A stretch of DNA of 64,000 nucleotides from NCBI GenBank assembly GCA_027492205.1, contig JAOZFN010000009.1, positions 32,001 to 96,000 on the forward strand, read 5' to 3'. Shown piece by piece: positions 47,820 to 58,462 of the stretch (the first letter of the stretch is position 1; every line of letters starts with the position of its first letter). Source of the DNA: Thermoproteota archaeon (GTDB lineage: Archaea > Korarchaeota > Korarchaeia > Korarchaeales > Korarchaeaceae). Position numbers and translations under genes: made by a program. Under the pieces are notes generated by a model. The model searched no databases and was not told where the DNA came from. It saw only the letters and a program-made list of their open reading frames with translations.

Positions 47820-49256
47820 TCACAGGGTCCTCATCTTCGGACTCAGGATCTTGTTCAGCGCCGAGCCAAGGAGCGCGAAGGAGAGGCCGAGCATCGCTAT
47901 GGCGAGCCCAGGGGGTACGACCCACCACCACATCCCGTTGAGGGCAGCGGCGGATCCCTGCGCGTCGTGGAGTATCTGCCCCCAGGTCACCCTGCTGACG
48001 TCGCCCAATCCCAGGAACGACAACCCCGCCTCTAGAAGCACGTAGCCGGGAACGCCCAGAGCTATGGAGGCGAAGACGTACGGCAGGATCTGGGGCATCA
48101 TGTGCCTCAGTATTATCCACCTGCCGCCGGCGCCCAGGGCCCTGGCCGCCTCAACGTACTGCATCTCCTTGAGCTGGAACCCCATGCTCCTCACGACCTT
48201 GTTGGTCCCAGGCCAGGAGAAGAGGGTCATCAGGATGATCACCGGCCAGATCGTGGGCTTGTAGAACTCGAAGATGATGATCAGGAGGGGCAGAACGGGG
48301 ATCGAGGCGACGATCTCCGCCACCCTCTGCATCGCCTCGTCGGTCCAGCCCCCAAAGTAGGCGCTTGCCACCCCGTAGACCACTCCAATTAGCGTGGTCA
48401 GGACGGAGCTCACGATCCCCACCGCAAGAGAGACCCTCGTTCCCCAGACCAGGCCGGAGAAGAGATCCCTCCGCAGGGTGTCGGTGCCCAAGAGTCCGTA
48501 GACCTTGCCTGCCATGACGAGCTTAGGCTCAGAGATCTCATCGGCCGGATTGAATGTGTACACCTTCGCGGTGAAGACGTACTTGCCCTTGAGGGGGACT
48601 GCGCCCTTGGCAGTCATGATGCCCTCCTTGGCCTCTGAGAAGAGTATCCTCATGGGATCTATGAGCTGGTACTCCAGCGTGGAGGCGACCTCCGGGTTCT
48701 CGTACTCCCTCGCAAAGCCCACTAGTCGGGCTTTGAAGTCCTTCAGCGATGAGATCAAGAGCCTCTGCTCTCCTACCCCGCTCCCGGCGAGCTTGGTGGA
48801 CACCAGGTCTACCGTGGTCCCATCGGGCCTAGTCACTGTGAGGACGAGTGTGGGCGGCTTCGCAGGGTCTGTTACGTTGGCGGATATCAGGAGCATTAGG
48901 TCCGTCGGATAATCGTCGTAGGTGAAGTCGTACTCGAACACGAATGTATTCTCCGTTATCTGCCCCATCTGGCGGACGTCGGTGGAGGCAGGCTGTAGGA
49001 TCAGGTGGGGCGGCTTCTTCTTGGTGGAGAACACGTTTGTCCAGGCGGGTGGCACGGCTCGGGGGAGGTTCTGCCAGTAGGGAACGTCTCGCCAATGGGC
49101 GCTTGCGTCGGCGGGAGCTATGTACGGCGCGAAGACTGCCAGAACTATGAAGAATATCAGGATGACCATCCCAACTATCCCGCTCTTCTCCCTCCTGAAC
49201 TCGAACCAGAAGTCCGATAGGCTAGCCTTGAAATCCTCCCAGCGCACGCCAAACAC
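47820..49256 (-). CDS. Peptide ABC permease (OppC-like) with large extracellular insert
   Basis: LGTD..RD, G.R.SL, YVEAARALGA EAA motif. Confidence 0.9.
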   Translation of the reverse strand: MFGVRWEDFKASLSDFWFEFRREKSGIVGMVILIFFIVLAVFAPYIAPADASAHWRDVPYWQNLPRAVPPAWTNVFSTKKKPPHLILQPASTDVRQMGQITENTFVFEYDFTYDDYPTDLMLLISANVTDPAKPPTLVLTVTRPDGTTVDLVSTKLAGSGVGEQRLLISSLKDFKARLVGFAREYENPEVASTLEYQLIDPMRILFSEAKEGIMTAKGAVPLKGKYVFTAKVYTFNPADEISEPKLVMAGKVYGLLGTDTLRRDLFSGLVWGTRVSLAVGIVSSVLTTLIGVVYGVASAYFGGWTDEAMQRVAEIVASIPVLPLLIIIFEFYKPTIWPVIILMTLFSWPGTNKVVRSMGFQLKEMQYVEAARALGAGGRWIILRHMMPQILPYVFASIALGVPGYVLLEAGLSFLGLGDVSRVTWGQILHDAQGSAAALNGMWWWVVPPGLAIAMLGLSFALLGSALNKILSPKMRTL

Positions 49257-49265
49257 CTCCTTTTC

Positions 49266-50333
49266 TCAGACCGCCACCTGGGCCCCGACTTTCACCCTCG
49301 GATCGAGCAGGCCGTAGATCAGGTCCATTATGACAAGCGACGCGAGGTAAAGGATTATGCTGAATGTGGTGTTTCCGAGGAGCACCGGGACGTCGTGCTC
49401 CTGCAGTGCGATCCAGTACAGCCTCCCCATGCCGGGCCAGTTGAACACTATCTCTGATATCATCGCGCCGCCCAGCGAGCCCAGGAGGCCGAAGACCATC
49501 ATCGTTACAATCGGCGGAGCCGCGGCCCTCAGCACGTGCTTGTAGAGGACCTTCCTCTCTGGCACGCCCTTGGCCCGAGCGGCCATGACGTAGTCCTCTT
49601 GGAACTGGCTGAGAACTACGCTCCTCGCAGTATACGCCCACCCCCCGAAGCTCACCAAGACGGCGGTCGACACCGGCAGGATCATGTGGTAGATTATGTC
49701 CGCAACCCTCTCCAGCGTGCCCTCCGGCGGGGGTATGGAGGTCATGCCTCCAGAGGGAAGCAGGTCGAGGTAGTAGGAGAACACGATGATGGCGAGCATC
49801 CCGACCCACCACATCGGGAAGCTGTAGGTGATAAGGGCGAATATGGACAGGGACTTGTCGAGCATGCTGCCGGCTCTTTGGGCCGCCTTGAGGCCGAGGA
49901 TCAGGCCGATTATCGTGACTATTATGGTCGCAGTGGTGAAGAGGAGGATCGTCCTCGGCAGGGCCTCCAGTATTATCCTAGACACGTCGCTGGATCCAGT
50001 GGCGGACCTGAGGGTGTGAGACTTCCCCATGTCTAGCTTGAGCTGGTCAATGGCCCGTGACATGACCCGTTGGAGCAAGGGCTTGTCGAGGCCGTACCTC
50101 TTGTAGAGGATCTCCTTCTGCGTCTGATACCATATATCCCTCGCGGTCTTGTTCACCGAGAAGATCTTCAGCAGTTCCGGGTTCTTCATTTGGGCAGCAA
50201 TCTGCTCCTCTATCTGCGCGCGGAGCTCCCTGTCGGCAACGCTGGAGAAGATCAGGGATACGAGAAAGACCGCTATAACCAGCACTAGCAAGGCGTTTAG
50301 CACCCTAACTACGATGTACCGGCCATACCCCAA
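49266..50333 (-). CDS. Peptide ABC permease (OppB-like)
   Basis: YGLDKP, DYVMAARAKG, E.VFNWPGMG. Confidence 0.9.
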   Translation of the reverse strand: MGYGRYIVVRVLNALLVLVIAVFLVSLIFSSVADRELRAQIEEQIAAQMKNPELLKIFSVNKTARDIWYQTQKEILYKRYGLDKPLLQRVMSRAIDQLKLDMGKSHTLRSATGSSDVSRIILEALPRTILLFTTATIIVTIIGLILGLKAAQRAGSMLDKSLSIFALITYSFPMWWVGMLAIIVFSYYLDLLPSGGMTSIPPPEGTLERVADIIYHMILPVSTAVLVSFGGWAYTARSVVLSQFQEDYVMAARAKGVPERKVLYKHVLRAAAPPIVTMMVFGLLGSLGGAMISEIVFNWPGMGRLYWIALQEHDVPVLLGNTTFSIILYLASLVIMDLIYGLLDPRVKVGAQVAV

Positions 50334-50442
50334 TCGCCAGCACCGACGCGCGGCGTTCTAACAGGATATAAAATGGTTAGCAGGGCAGCCTCAAAACGCT
50401 ATTCAAAACTGGCGGGGATTTTTGTTATAATTCTCTAAATTT

Positions 50443-50455
50443 AAAGAAAAAGGGG
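50443..50455 (-). terminator. T-rich terminator after the substrate-binding protein gene
   Basis: Minus strand CCCCTTTTTCTTT about 25 nt past the stop. Confidence 0.4.
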
Positions 50456-50478
50456 AATGGGAGGCCCCTACACTCAAC

Positions 50479-53190
50479 TCAGGACTTCTTCCTCATGAGG
50501 AGGAAGGCGGCGACGACGATCACTATCAGCACTATGACGCCGCCGATGAGGGCCCAGTTCGGCCCTGCCGGCGGAGCGGTGGTCGGCGGCGGGGGAGCTG
50601 TGGTCGTGGCCGGCGGGGGAGCTGTGGTCGGCGGGGCGGTGGTGGTCGGAGCCTCGGTGGTCGGCGGCGGGGCGGGCGCGGCGATGATGATGTCGACGCT
50701 GGAGGTTCCAGTCACGAGGGTGGAGGTCTTGCCGGCCAGCACCTCGATGGTGAAGGCGCCCTCCTTGCCCTCGGTGGCGCTGCCAGGTATGGTGGCCTTG
50801 AACTGGCCGGGCGACACCATGGACATCTCGGTCTCGTAGACGATGTTGCCAGCGGAGTCCTTGAGTCTGACGGCCACGTACGCCTCCTCAGCCGGATACT
50901 CCTTGACCTCAGGATACTCCTGAGACTCTATCACGCTCGCGGTCACGTCGATCGCGTCACCGGCGGTTATGCTCGTTGGGGCGTTGATAGCCTCAACGCG
51001 CTCCCTGACTACGAAGAACTTGTTCACCCAGTAGTCTTCTGTGAACGGGTAGGTCGGGTCCCTGAAGGCGACGAGCCTCATGTACATCTTCTGAGGATCG
51101 TACTTCACGAGCATGAAGGGACCGTTGGAGACCCATGCAGTGCCATACTGGTCCATGAACCTGAGCAGTGCGTTGTACCTCTCGACAGCCTGAGTCGGGG
51201 TGATGCTTCCCTTCAGCGCGTCGGGTATGTGGCCCTCGAGCCTCAGCTCCTCTACGGCCGCCCTCAGGTCGACGAGGTGGGCCGGGGAGATGAGGTCGAG
51301 GTACTCCTTGCCCTCCTCCTTGTACCAGCTGTACTCGTTGCCGCTGACTGGGCCGCCGTTGGCTATGATGTAAGAGGCAGCCTCGTAGACCTCCCACGGG
51401 AGCACGGGCCACCAGACGTAGAAGCTGGCGGTCTCGTTCTCAGAGACAATGTGCAGGTAGTCGCCGTAGACGATGATGGTGTCGGGCTCCACGAACTGGA
51501 AGCCCTTGTAGTATTCAAGCTGAGGAGCCATGCCAGAGGCGTACTCTGGGTGGTAGTAGGGGTCGCCCTCCTCATCCTCGTGAGACCACTCGTAGGCGAA
51601 GGCGATGGCGTACTTGATGTCGTCGAGTGTCATCGGGATGCCGTGGTGCCAGTTACCGAGCTTGTACTTGATGACGGCCTTGACTACAGCCTTCTGGCCG
51701 GATCCCACACTGACCCACTCGTTCTTCACGGAGTCGTACACAACGGCGTCGGAGGGTACATCAATGTTGCCGACCTTGTTGCCCTCCTCATCGACGGTGT
51801 AGTCGATCTGAAGTTCCCAAGACGCCCTTACCGGCATGTACTCAGCGTTTGTTGGGTGTCTGGCAGCGCCCTGGTCGTAGGTGGCCCTAGCAACCAGGTG
51901 GGAGTAGACGTCGTCGAGACCCCCGAGCGGGTTCCAGGCGCTTGTGTACATCTGCGCCTGCTGGGCCTCGACCGCCACCCTAAGCTTCCCGTCAACGGTC
52001 TCTACGGTCCTCCAGGGCCAGAAGGACCACAGACCAGTCACCGCATCGTAGCCTATCCTGGTCACCCTCTCCTTGTTGACCGGGAAGTAGTCTATGGTGG
52101 TCGCCGTGAAGACCCTTATGCTCTCGCTCACTCCCATCTCCATTACCTTCCTAGCCTTGTCCCAGTACTCGTCGGCGCTAGCGACGTTCATGAACACCAA
52201 GTCCTCAGTCAACTTGTCGATCGTCTCGTTCTGCCACTCCCACCAACCGGCCATCTGGTAGGCCGGCATCCACCCAAACTCGGGCGAGTAGTACCAAGCC
52301 AAGTCGCCTTCAACGAACGGAGAAGCGGCGGTAGCGCCCCACCCGGCGGTGTAGAGGTTCCACTCGTAGTCCGCAGGGTTGCTGAAGTAGACCGTGTAGA
52401 TGCACTTGAGGAAGTTGGCCTCTATCCTCTCAACCTTGATGCCAGCCTTCTCTATCTGGCTGGCGACGTAGAGGCCCTCCTCGTGCCTCTCGTCCTCTAT
52501 TCTTATGAAGAACTTCACGGTGACAGGCTCGCCGTCGAAGGTCCACCAATAGCCAGCTGGGGCCCTCGGATCTGGTACCTTTCTGAGCCTACCGCCGAGC
52601 TCCTCGGCGGCCTGGGTGAGCGCCTCGTCGATCATCTGAAGTCCAAGTTCTTCGTTGCCCTCCGGAGTGAATCCAAAGTTCTTGAAGATGTCCTCGAAGT
52701 ACTTGTAGGCCGGGTGAGAGGGAGATATTGGCGAGTAGGCAACCTCGCCGCCTCCCTTGAGGACCTCGTCCACCAAGTACTTCCTGTTGATCAGGTAGTT
52801 CATCGCGAACCTGACCTTCCTGATGGCGAAGGGGTTGAAGTACGTCTTGCCCTCGACGTTGACGAGGTAGGGGGTTCCCTCCTCATAGTACGGGTTCAGA
52901 GTTATCTCCCAAGTACCTCCCGCGTTGGGTATGAGCCTCAGGTTCTCCTTGAGATACTCCGGGAGGCCCTCATAGACCGTTGGAGCCAGAGACTTAGAGT
53001 AGAAGTCGAGTCTGCCCGTGGCGACGTCGCCAACCGCTACCTCTCCAGTAGCCCTAGTCTCTACAATGACCTCGTCGACTGCCGGTCCCTTCCTCGGCTG
53101 AGCAGAGATGGCCCCGAGCGGAAGCAGGAGCACAGTGAGGACGAAGGCCAGTGCGGCTACACCTATTCTCTTTCTACCCCACATCTGCAT
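50479..53190 (-). CDS. Family 5 substrate-binding protein, large archaeal type with C-terminal anchor
   Basis: Signal peptide, NPF...VRFAMN, NGPF, Ig-like domain, Pro/Thr linker, C-terminal TM plus RKKS. Confidence 0.88.
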   Translation of the reverse strand: MQMWGRKRIGVAALAFVLTVLLLPLGAISAQPRKGPAVDEVIVETRATGEVAVGDVATGRLDFYSKSLAPTVYEGLPEYLKENLRLIPNAGGTWEITLNPYYEEGTPYLVNVEGKTYFNPFAIRKVRFAMNYLINRKYLVDEVLKGGGEVAYSPISPSHPAYKYFEDIFKNFGFTPEGNEELGLQMIDEALTQAAEELGGRLRKVPDPRAPAGYWWTFDGEPVTVKFFIRIEDERHEEGLYVASQIEKAGIKVERIEANFLKCIYTVYFSNPADYEWNLYTAGWGATAASPFVEGDLAWYYSPEFGWMPAYQMAGWWEWQNETIDKLTEDLVFMNVASADEYWDKARKVMEMGVSESIRVFTATTIDYFPVNKERVTRIGYDAVTGLWSFWPWRTVETVDGKLRVAVEAQQAQMYTSAWNPLGGLDDVYSHLVARATYDQGAARHPTNAEYMPVRASWELQIDYTVDEEGNKVGNIDVPSDAVVYDSVKNEWVSVGSGQKAVVKAVIKYKLGNWHHGIPMTLDDIKYAIAFAYEWSHEDEEGDPYYHPEYASGMAPQLEYYKGFQFVEPDTIIVYGDYLHIVSENETASFYVWWPVLPWEVYEAASYIIANGGPVSGNEYSWYKEEGKEYLDLISPAHLVDLRAAVEELRLEGHIPDALKGSITPTQAVERYNALLRFMDQYGTAWVSNGPFMLVKYDPQKMYMRLVAFRDPTYPFTEDYWVNKFFVVRERVEAINAPTSITAGDAIDVTASVIESQEYPEVKEYPAEEAYVAVRLKDSAGNIVYETEMSMVSPGQFKATIPGSATEGKEGAFTIEVLAGKTSTLVTGTSSVDIIIAAPAPPPTTEAPTTTAPPTTAPPPATTTAPPPPTTAPPAGPNWALIGGVIVLIVIVVAAFLLMRKKS

Positions 53191-53491
53191 ACCCCCTCTA
53201 GGCCGGGGATATCACCCCGCCCTTAGGGCTGGGCTGTTGAAGACTGCTGAAGATCACAAATAAAAAGGCTATTTCATCAGGTCAACTCCGAAACCTCAGG
53301 ATTCAGGCGGTTTGACAGGCCTAATCTTTCAGGTCCCGGTGGCGAGGGGGCGCCGAGACCCAGTAGGCTAGAGCGCACGTGTCACCGTCCACTCAAAGTC
53401 AACGACCCCCGCGGATCTGAGCGGATCTGAGGGGCGCTGTGGTCGCGGTTGAACACTCCAGTCGAGGGGTTCTGTACCAAAGGAACCGCGC

Positions 53492-54061
53492 TCAGGCCCT
53501 AGCAGGTAGCTGGGCTATGCAGGCCTTTACGTCGTCTGCTATCCGCCTTCCTATCCCGCCGGACTCCCCAACTATCAGCTCAATGACCCAGTCGCCAGAG
53601 TACCACATCTCCCAGGTCAAGCCGGGGTACTCGAACCTCGCATGGCCCTCGTCACCCCCGACGTCGCACTCCCAGCTCGTGTAGTTCGCCGTGAAGTTGG
53701 CGGCGTAGTCCGCGATCTTCTCCCCTATCCGCCTGGCCGACGTACTGTTGTCGAACTTCATGAACGCTATCATGACCATGACCCTCGGGTACCTGTACTC
53801 GGCCAGGAACTGCACGCCCTCCCCGCCCTCGAGCGGAAAGCCCTCCGGGGTCGTCGAGAGCATCATGGCGCTGTTGATTACGGCCCTCCCGGGGCAGTCG
53901 AACGTGTACCTTATCTGCTCGATTGTCACGTCCTTGGGGGGGACCGGGTAGCTCTCGCCCATGAGAAGCGTGAGCCCATACGCCAAGGAGCCGAAGGCCA
54001 TGATCCCTATGAACGCCAAGGCCATCAGGCGCCTGGAGTTGGCTCCCTTCTTTCGGGGCAT
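53492..54061 (-). CDS. Hypothetical membrane-anchored protein
   Basis: Basic N-terminus plus TM, GGAGGT SD, ectodomain with Cys residues. Confidence 0.65.
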   Translation of the reverse strand: MPRKKGANSRRLMALAFIGIMAFGSLAYGLTLLMGESYPVPPKDVTIEQIRYTFDCPGRAVINSAMMLSTTPEGFPLEGGEGVQFLAEYRYPRVMVMIAFMKFDNSTSARRIGEKIADYAANFTANYTSWECDVGGDEGHARFEYPGLTWEMWYSGDWVIELIVGESGGIGRRIADDVKACIAQLPARA

Positions 54062-54122
54062 TCGAACCTCCTCTCAACGAACAGGGATCTTCCCCCCGAT
54101 CAATAAAGAATTTGGGCCGCCC

Positions 54123-55223
54123 CTACCCAGGCGGGTAGAGGTGGCAGGCCACCCAGTGGCCCGGCTCGACCTCAATGAGGTGCGGCTCCTCCTTGTCGCA
54201 GGGCTCGAACCTCTTGGGGCAGCGGGGGTGGAACCTGCAGCCTGACGGCGGATTCACTGGGCTGGGAACGTCGCCCTTCAGCACGATCCTCTTCTTCTTC
54301 CTTGCGAGCACGGGGTCGGGCACAGGCTTCGCGGAGAAAAGGGCCTGGGTGTACGGGTGCAGGGGCTTCTCGAAGATGGTCTGCGTGTCCGCAAGCTCGA
54401 CGATCTTGCCGAGGTACATCACGGCGACCCTGTCGCTGATCACCTGCACCTGGGAGAGGTCGTGGCTTATGAACAGGTAGGTAAGGCCGTACTTCTCCTG
54501 GAGTTCCCCGAGGAGCTTCAGTAGCCTGGCCCTGACCGAGACGTCAACCGCTGAGGTGGGCTCGTCGAGGACGAGGAACTCGGGCCTGAGGACCAGCGCC
54601 CTAGCGATGGCGATCCTCTGCCTCTGCCCCCCGCTGAACTCGTGGGGGTACCTCCTGAGATGCTCCCTGCCCAGGCCCACCGCCTGGAGCGCCTCGAGCA
54701 CGCGCTCCATCGCCGCCTCGCCCTTCGCGATTCCCTGGACGACGAGTGGCTCGGCGACGATGTCCTTCACCATCATCCTGGGGTTGAGGGCCGTGAGCGG
54801 GTTCTGAAACACAATCTGCATCCTTCTCCTATATTCCTTCAGCTTCTTGCCCTTCATGGCGGCCAGGTCGAACTGTTCCCTCAGCCTCTTCAGCTCTTGC
54901 TTGTCGCCGCGCTCCTCTGCTTCGATTATACGCTTTATCGTCTCCTCGGGCAGGTCGTAGAATATGTGACCCTCGGTCGGATCGAGCAGCCTGATTATGG
55001 TCCTCCCCAGGGTGGTCTTTCCGCAGCCCGACTCGCCCACCAGCCCGAGCGTCTCCCCCCTCTGAATCCAGATGTCCACGCCGTCGACGGCCCTGACCCA
55101 GGCCACCGGACGCTTGAGCACTCCCCCTAGGACTGGGAAGTGCTTCTTGAGTCCCATCGTTCGGAGCAGGGCACCCTGAGTCTTCTCCAGCCAGCTCTCC
55201 GCGTATTCCCTCGCGATCATCAC
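54123..55223 (-). CDS. Peptide ABC transporter ATPase (DppF-like)
   Basis: GESGCGKT, FSGGQRQR, DEPTS. Confidence 0.93.
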   Translation of the reverse strand: MMIAREYAESWLEKTQGALLRTMGLKKHFPVLGGVLKRPVAWVRAVDGVDIWIQRGETLGLVGESGCGKTTLGRTIIRLLDPTEGHIFYDLPEETIKRIIEAEERGDKQELKRLREQFDLAAMKGKKLKEYRRRMQIVFQNPLTALNPRMMVKDIVAEPLVVQGIAKGEAAMERVLEALQAVGLGREHLRRYPHEFSGGQRQRIAIARALVLRPEFLVLDEPTSAVDVSVRARLLKLLGELQEKYGLTYLFISHDLSQVQVISDRVAVMYLGKIVELADTQTIFEKPLHPYTQALFSAKPVPDPVLARKKKRIVLKGDVPSPVNPPSGCRFHPRCPKRFEPCDKEEPHLIEVEPGHWVACHLYPPG

Positions 55224-56476
55224 TCCTCGCCCCCCTCGTCGGCCACCTGATCGTGGTAGAGGAAGCAGGCAACCTTGTGACCCGGCCTCACCTCGATGAG
55301 CCTCGGCTTGTGCTCCTCACACTTCGGCATCGCGTAGGCGCACCTGGGATGGAATCTGCATCCCGTCGGCGGGTTGATCAGGTTGGGGACGGTGCCCGGG
55401 ATGGCCTTCAGCTCCCTGCCGGGCATCGGAATGGCCTCAAGCAGTCCCTTTGTGTAGGGGTGGAGGGGCTCCTTGAACAGCGTGAAGACGTCGGCGACCT
55501 CGCATATGTTGCCGGCGTACATAACAGCGACCCTGTCGGAGACCTCCGCTATGACCCCCATGTCGTGGGTTATGTATACGAGCGTGGAGCCGAACTGCTT
55601 CTTCAGCTCCTTCATGAGCTCGAGTATCTGGGCCTCGACCGTGACGTCCAAGTTGGTGGTTGGCTCGTCGGCTATGAGCATCCTGGGGTTGCAGGAGAGG
55701 GCTGTCGCTATCACTATCCTCTGCTGCATCCCCCCGCTCAGCTCGTGCGGGTACATGTCGTAAACCCGGTCCGGATCCGGGATCCCCATGAGGCCGAGGA
55801 GTCTAACAACGTCCCTCCTGGCCTCTGCGCTCACCGGAGACCAGTAGAGTCTCCTGAGGATTGGGACCCTTAGGAGGAGCTTCAGGCCGAGGCCACTAGG
55901 GCTTTTCTTGGCCATCCTCATGACTGCGAGCTTGGCCCTGGCCAGCGCCCCCCTCAGGCCGCCTGCCTTGGACTCCTCCTCGAGGGTCGCTATCGCCCTC
56001 CCGATCATCTCGTCCATCCTGTGTATCAGGATGGCCTCGGCCACCTGGTCACCGACCTTGAAGACTGGGTTCAGGGCGGCCTTCGGCTCTTGGAAGATCC
56101 TCGAGATCTCGGCCCCCCTCAGCTTCCTGAGGTCCTCCTCATCCATCTCCGTGAGGACCAAGGGCTTCCCATCCATGTAGTAGACGACTCTGCCGGCGAC
56201 GATCTTCCCGGGGGGCGGGATGAGGTTCATCATAGCGTAGGTAGTGACGGACTTCCCGCTGCCGGTCTCGCCGACGATCCCCAGGGTCTCCCCTTCCAGG
56301 ACGTCCAAGTCGACGCCGTCAATGGCCTTCACGACCCCCTCGTAGGTGTAGAATCGGACCTTCAGGTCCCTGACCTCCATCAGCACGTTCCTCTCCTGGG
56401 CCGAGGCTTTGACCTCGGGCCTCTCCTCAACCGCCTCAAGCGCGCCGGGATTGGAATCGGGGTTGGGCATTCTCAC
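55220..56476 (-). CDS. Peptide ABC transporter ATPase (DppD-like) with helical insert
   Basis: GETGSGKS, LSGGMQQR, DEPTTNLD. Confidence 0.93.
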   Translation of the reverse strand: MRMPNPDSNPGALEAVEERPEVKASAQERNVLMEVRDLKVRFYTYEGVVKAIDGVDLDVLEGETLGIVGETGSGKSVTTYAMMNLIPPPGKIVAGRVVYYMDGKPLVLTEMDEEDLRKLRGAEISRIFQEPKAALNPVFKVGDQVAEAILIHRMDEMIGRAIATLEEESKAGGLRGALARAKLAVMRMAKKSPSGLGLKLLLRVPILRRLYWSPVSAEARRDVVRLLGLMGIPDPDRVYDMYPHELSGGMQQRIVIATALSCNPRMLIADEPTTNLDVTVEAQILELMKELKKQFGSTLVYITHDMGVIAEVSDRVAVMYAGNICEVADVFTLFKEPLHPYTKGLLEAIPMPGRELKAIPGTVPNLINPPTGCRFHPRCAYAMPKCEEHKPRLIEVRPGHKVACFLYHDQVADEGGEE

Positions 56477-57414
56477 CTCCTCCTGAGGGTCGGATCCAGT
56501 ATGTCTCGGAACGCGTCGCCGAGCAGGTTCCAGCCGAGGACGAACGTGAAGATGAAGATGCCGGGGATCGTGTAGGTGTGCCAGTAGGCGAACGGGTTGC
56601 CAGCCTCTCCCAGTATCCAGTTTCGGGACATGGATATGAGCTGGCCCCAGTCCGCGTAGCCTATGGGCGCGCCCAGGCCGAGGAAGCTTAGCGCGGCCGC
56701 CGTGAGCACCATGGATCCGATGTCGAGGGTTGAGACTATTACGACTGGGTAGATGCTGTTCGGCAGGACGTGCTTCAGCAGTATCCTAGCGTTTGACGCG
56801 CCTATCGCCCTGGCCGCCTCGACGTAGTCCTCCTGCCTGACCTGAAGCACTCCGGCCCTGGTGAGTCGAGCGTAGGTGGGCCAGCCCACCAGGATTAGCG
56901 CCTTGATCACGTTGTCCAGGCCGACCCCAAAGGCCGTCACGAACGCCATGGCGAGGATCAGCCCCGGGAATGCGTACATGATGTCGGTGATCCTCATGAT
57001 TATCTCATCCAGGATACCGCCGAAGTACCCGGACAGGGCCCCGAGGGTCACCCCTATGGCCAGGGCCCCGCCAACGACTAGGAGGCCGACCCTGAAGGCC
57101 GTCCTAGTCCCCCAAATGCAGCCGTAGAACATGTCGTACTGGCCCTCGGTGGTCCCGAATGGGAACTCGTCGCTCGGGGGCTTTGGAGTCGCCAAGTAAC
57201 CATGCCTGGGCATGACGTATGGATCCCTGCCGGGTTGGGGCGGGGCTATCAGTGGCGCGAATATGGCTATGATCGCGAAGAACGCGACGATCGTCAGGCC
57301 CGCCAGAGAGAGCGGACTCTCCCTTATTCTCTTGAGGGTGAAAACCAGCTCCTTGAACCACGCCCTCTCTCGCAGAGGCACCCTGCCGAGCTCCTTCTCC
57401 TTACTCCCTGCCAC
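56473..57414 (-). CDS. Peptide ABC permease (DppC-like)
   Basis: FGT, DYVEAARAIGA, HVLPN, WNLLGDAFRDILDP. Confidence 0.92.
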   Translation of the reverse strand: MAGSKEKELGRVPLRERAWFKELVFTLKRIRESPLSLAGLTIVAFFAIIAIFAPLIAPPQPGRDPYVMPRHGYLATPKPPSDEFPFGTTEGQYDMFYGCIWGTRTAFRVGLLVVGGALAIGVTLGALSGYFGGILDEIIMRITDIMYAFPGLILAMAFVTAFGVGLDNVIKALILVGWPTYARLTRAGVLQVRQEDYVEAARAIGASNARILLKHVLPNSIYPVVIVSTLDIGSMVLTAAALSFLGLGAPIGYADWGQLISMSRNWILGEAGNPFAYWHTYTIPGIFIFTFVLGWNLLGDAFRDILDPTLRRR

Positions 57415-57421
57415 CTCAACA

Positions 57422-58462
57422 TCACCCCAGCCTTATCCTCGGATCCAGGTAGGCGTAGAGTATGTCCACCAAGAGGTTAGAGACAACGAACACTATCCCG
57501 GAGAACAGGGCGAACGCCAGCACGGCTGGGAAGTCCAGCTGCGTGGCGGCGTGGGCGGCCCAGTACCCGAGGCCCTTGAACTCGAAGACCGTCTCCGTGA
57601 TGACAAGCCCCGTCAGGAAGCCGGCCACCAGCACCCCGGCCATCGTGACGACCGGTATCATGGCGTTTCTCATGGCGTGCTTGTTTATCACCGCCTTCTC
57701 GGGCACCCCCTTGGTTCTGGCGGCCATCACGTACTCCTTGTGGAGCTCCTCGAGCAGGCTGGACCTCATCACCCTCATTATGCCGGCGTTTCCGACGATG
57801 ACGAGGTTGAGGACGGGGAGGAAGAGGTGTCTGAGCGCGTCGACGAACACGAACAGGTTCCTGTTGAGTATGGCGTCTATTGTGTAGAGCCCCGTGTAGC
57901 TCACCCACTCTGCAGAGTGGACAATGCTCTGCGCCTCGGGGCTCAGTCTCCCCGGCGGGAACCATCCCAGCGCCCCGTAGAATATGGCGAGAAGTACGAT
58001 CGCGGACCAGAAGGTGGGGAGGGACCAACCAACTATAGCGAATATCCTCGAGATGTGGTCGGGCCACCTGTCCCTGTGGACCGCCGATATCCTTCCCAGC
58101 ACGATGCCAGTTATCACTATGAGGGGGGCCGCGTAGATCGCTATCTCTACCGACGCGGGCCAGAGTTCGGTGAAGGCCCTGGCAACCGGGATGTTCAACG
58201 ACTTCGACCACCCGAGGTTGCCTTGGAGAACGTTCTTCAGCCAGTTATAGTACTGAACGTAGACTGGCTGGTCCAGGCCGTACTTCTTGATTATCGCCTG
58301 AATCCTAGCGGCCGCCTTGAACCCTCCCTCGCCGACGTACAGCGCGGCCCTCTCCTCGGGAGAGAACACCATTGATACGGAGAATACGAGTATTGAAACG
58401 CCAAGCAGCGTGGGGATTATTAGGAGGAGCCGCCTGATTATGTAAGTTCTCATACCTCCCAT
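57422..58462 (-). CDS. Peptide ABC permease (DppB-like)
   Basis: YIIRRL, YGLDQP, EYVMAARTKG, DILYAYLDPRIR. Confidence 0.92.
   Translation of the reverse strand: MGGMRTYIIRRLLLIIPTLLGVSILVFSVSMVFSPEERAALYVGEGGFKAAARIQAIIKKYGLDQPVYVQYYNWLKNVLQGNLGWSKSLNIPVARAFTELWPASVEIAIYAAPLIVITGIVLGRISAVHRDRWPDHISRIFAIVGWSLPTFWSAIVLLAIFYGALGWFPPGRLSPEAQSIVHSAEWVSYTGLYTIDAILNRNLFVFVDALRHLFLPVLNLVIVGNAGIMRVMRSSLLEELHKEYVMAARTKGVPEKAVINKHAMRNAMIPVVTMAGVLVAGFLTGLVITETVFEFKGLGYWAAHAATQLDFPAVLAFALFSGIVFVVSNLLVDILYAYLDPRIRLG

Noticed and set aside
51229-53226. 665-aa plus-strand ORF
   Set aside because: Antisense shadow of the substrate-binding protein gene; GC-rich codon bias suppresses stops; no motifs.
53411-53430. 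Tandem GCGGATCTGA x2 as CRISPR remnant or C/D-box sRNA
   Set aside because: Only two 10-bp units without spacers; CTGA D-box-like motifs but no convincing RTGATGA C box.
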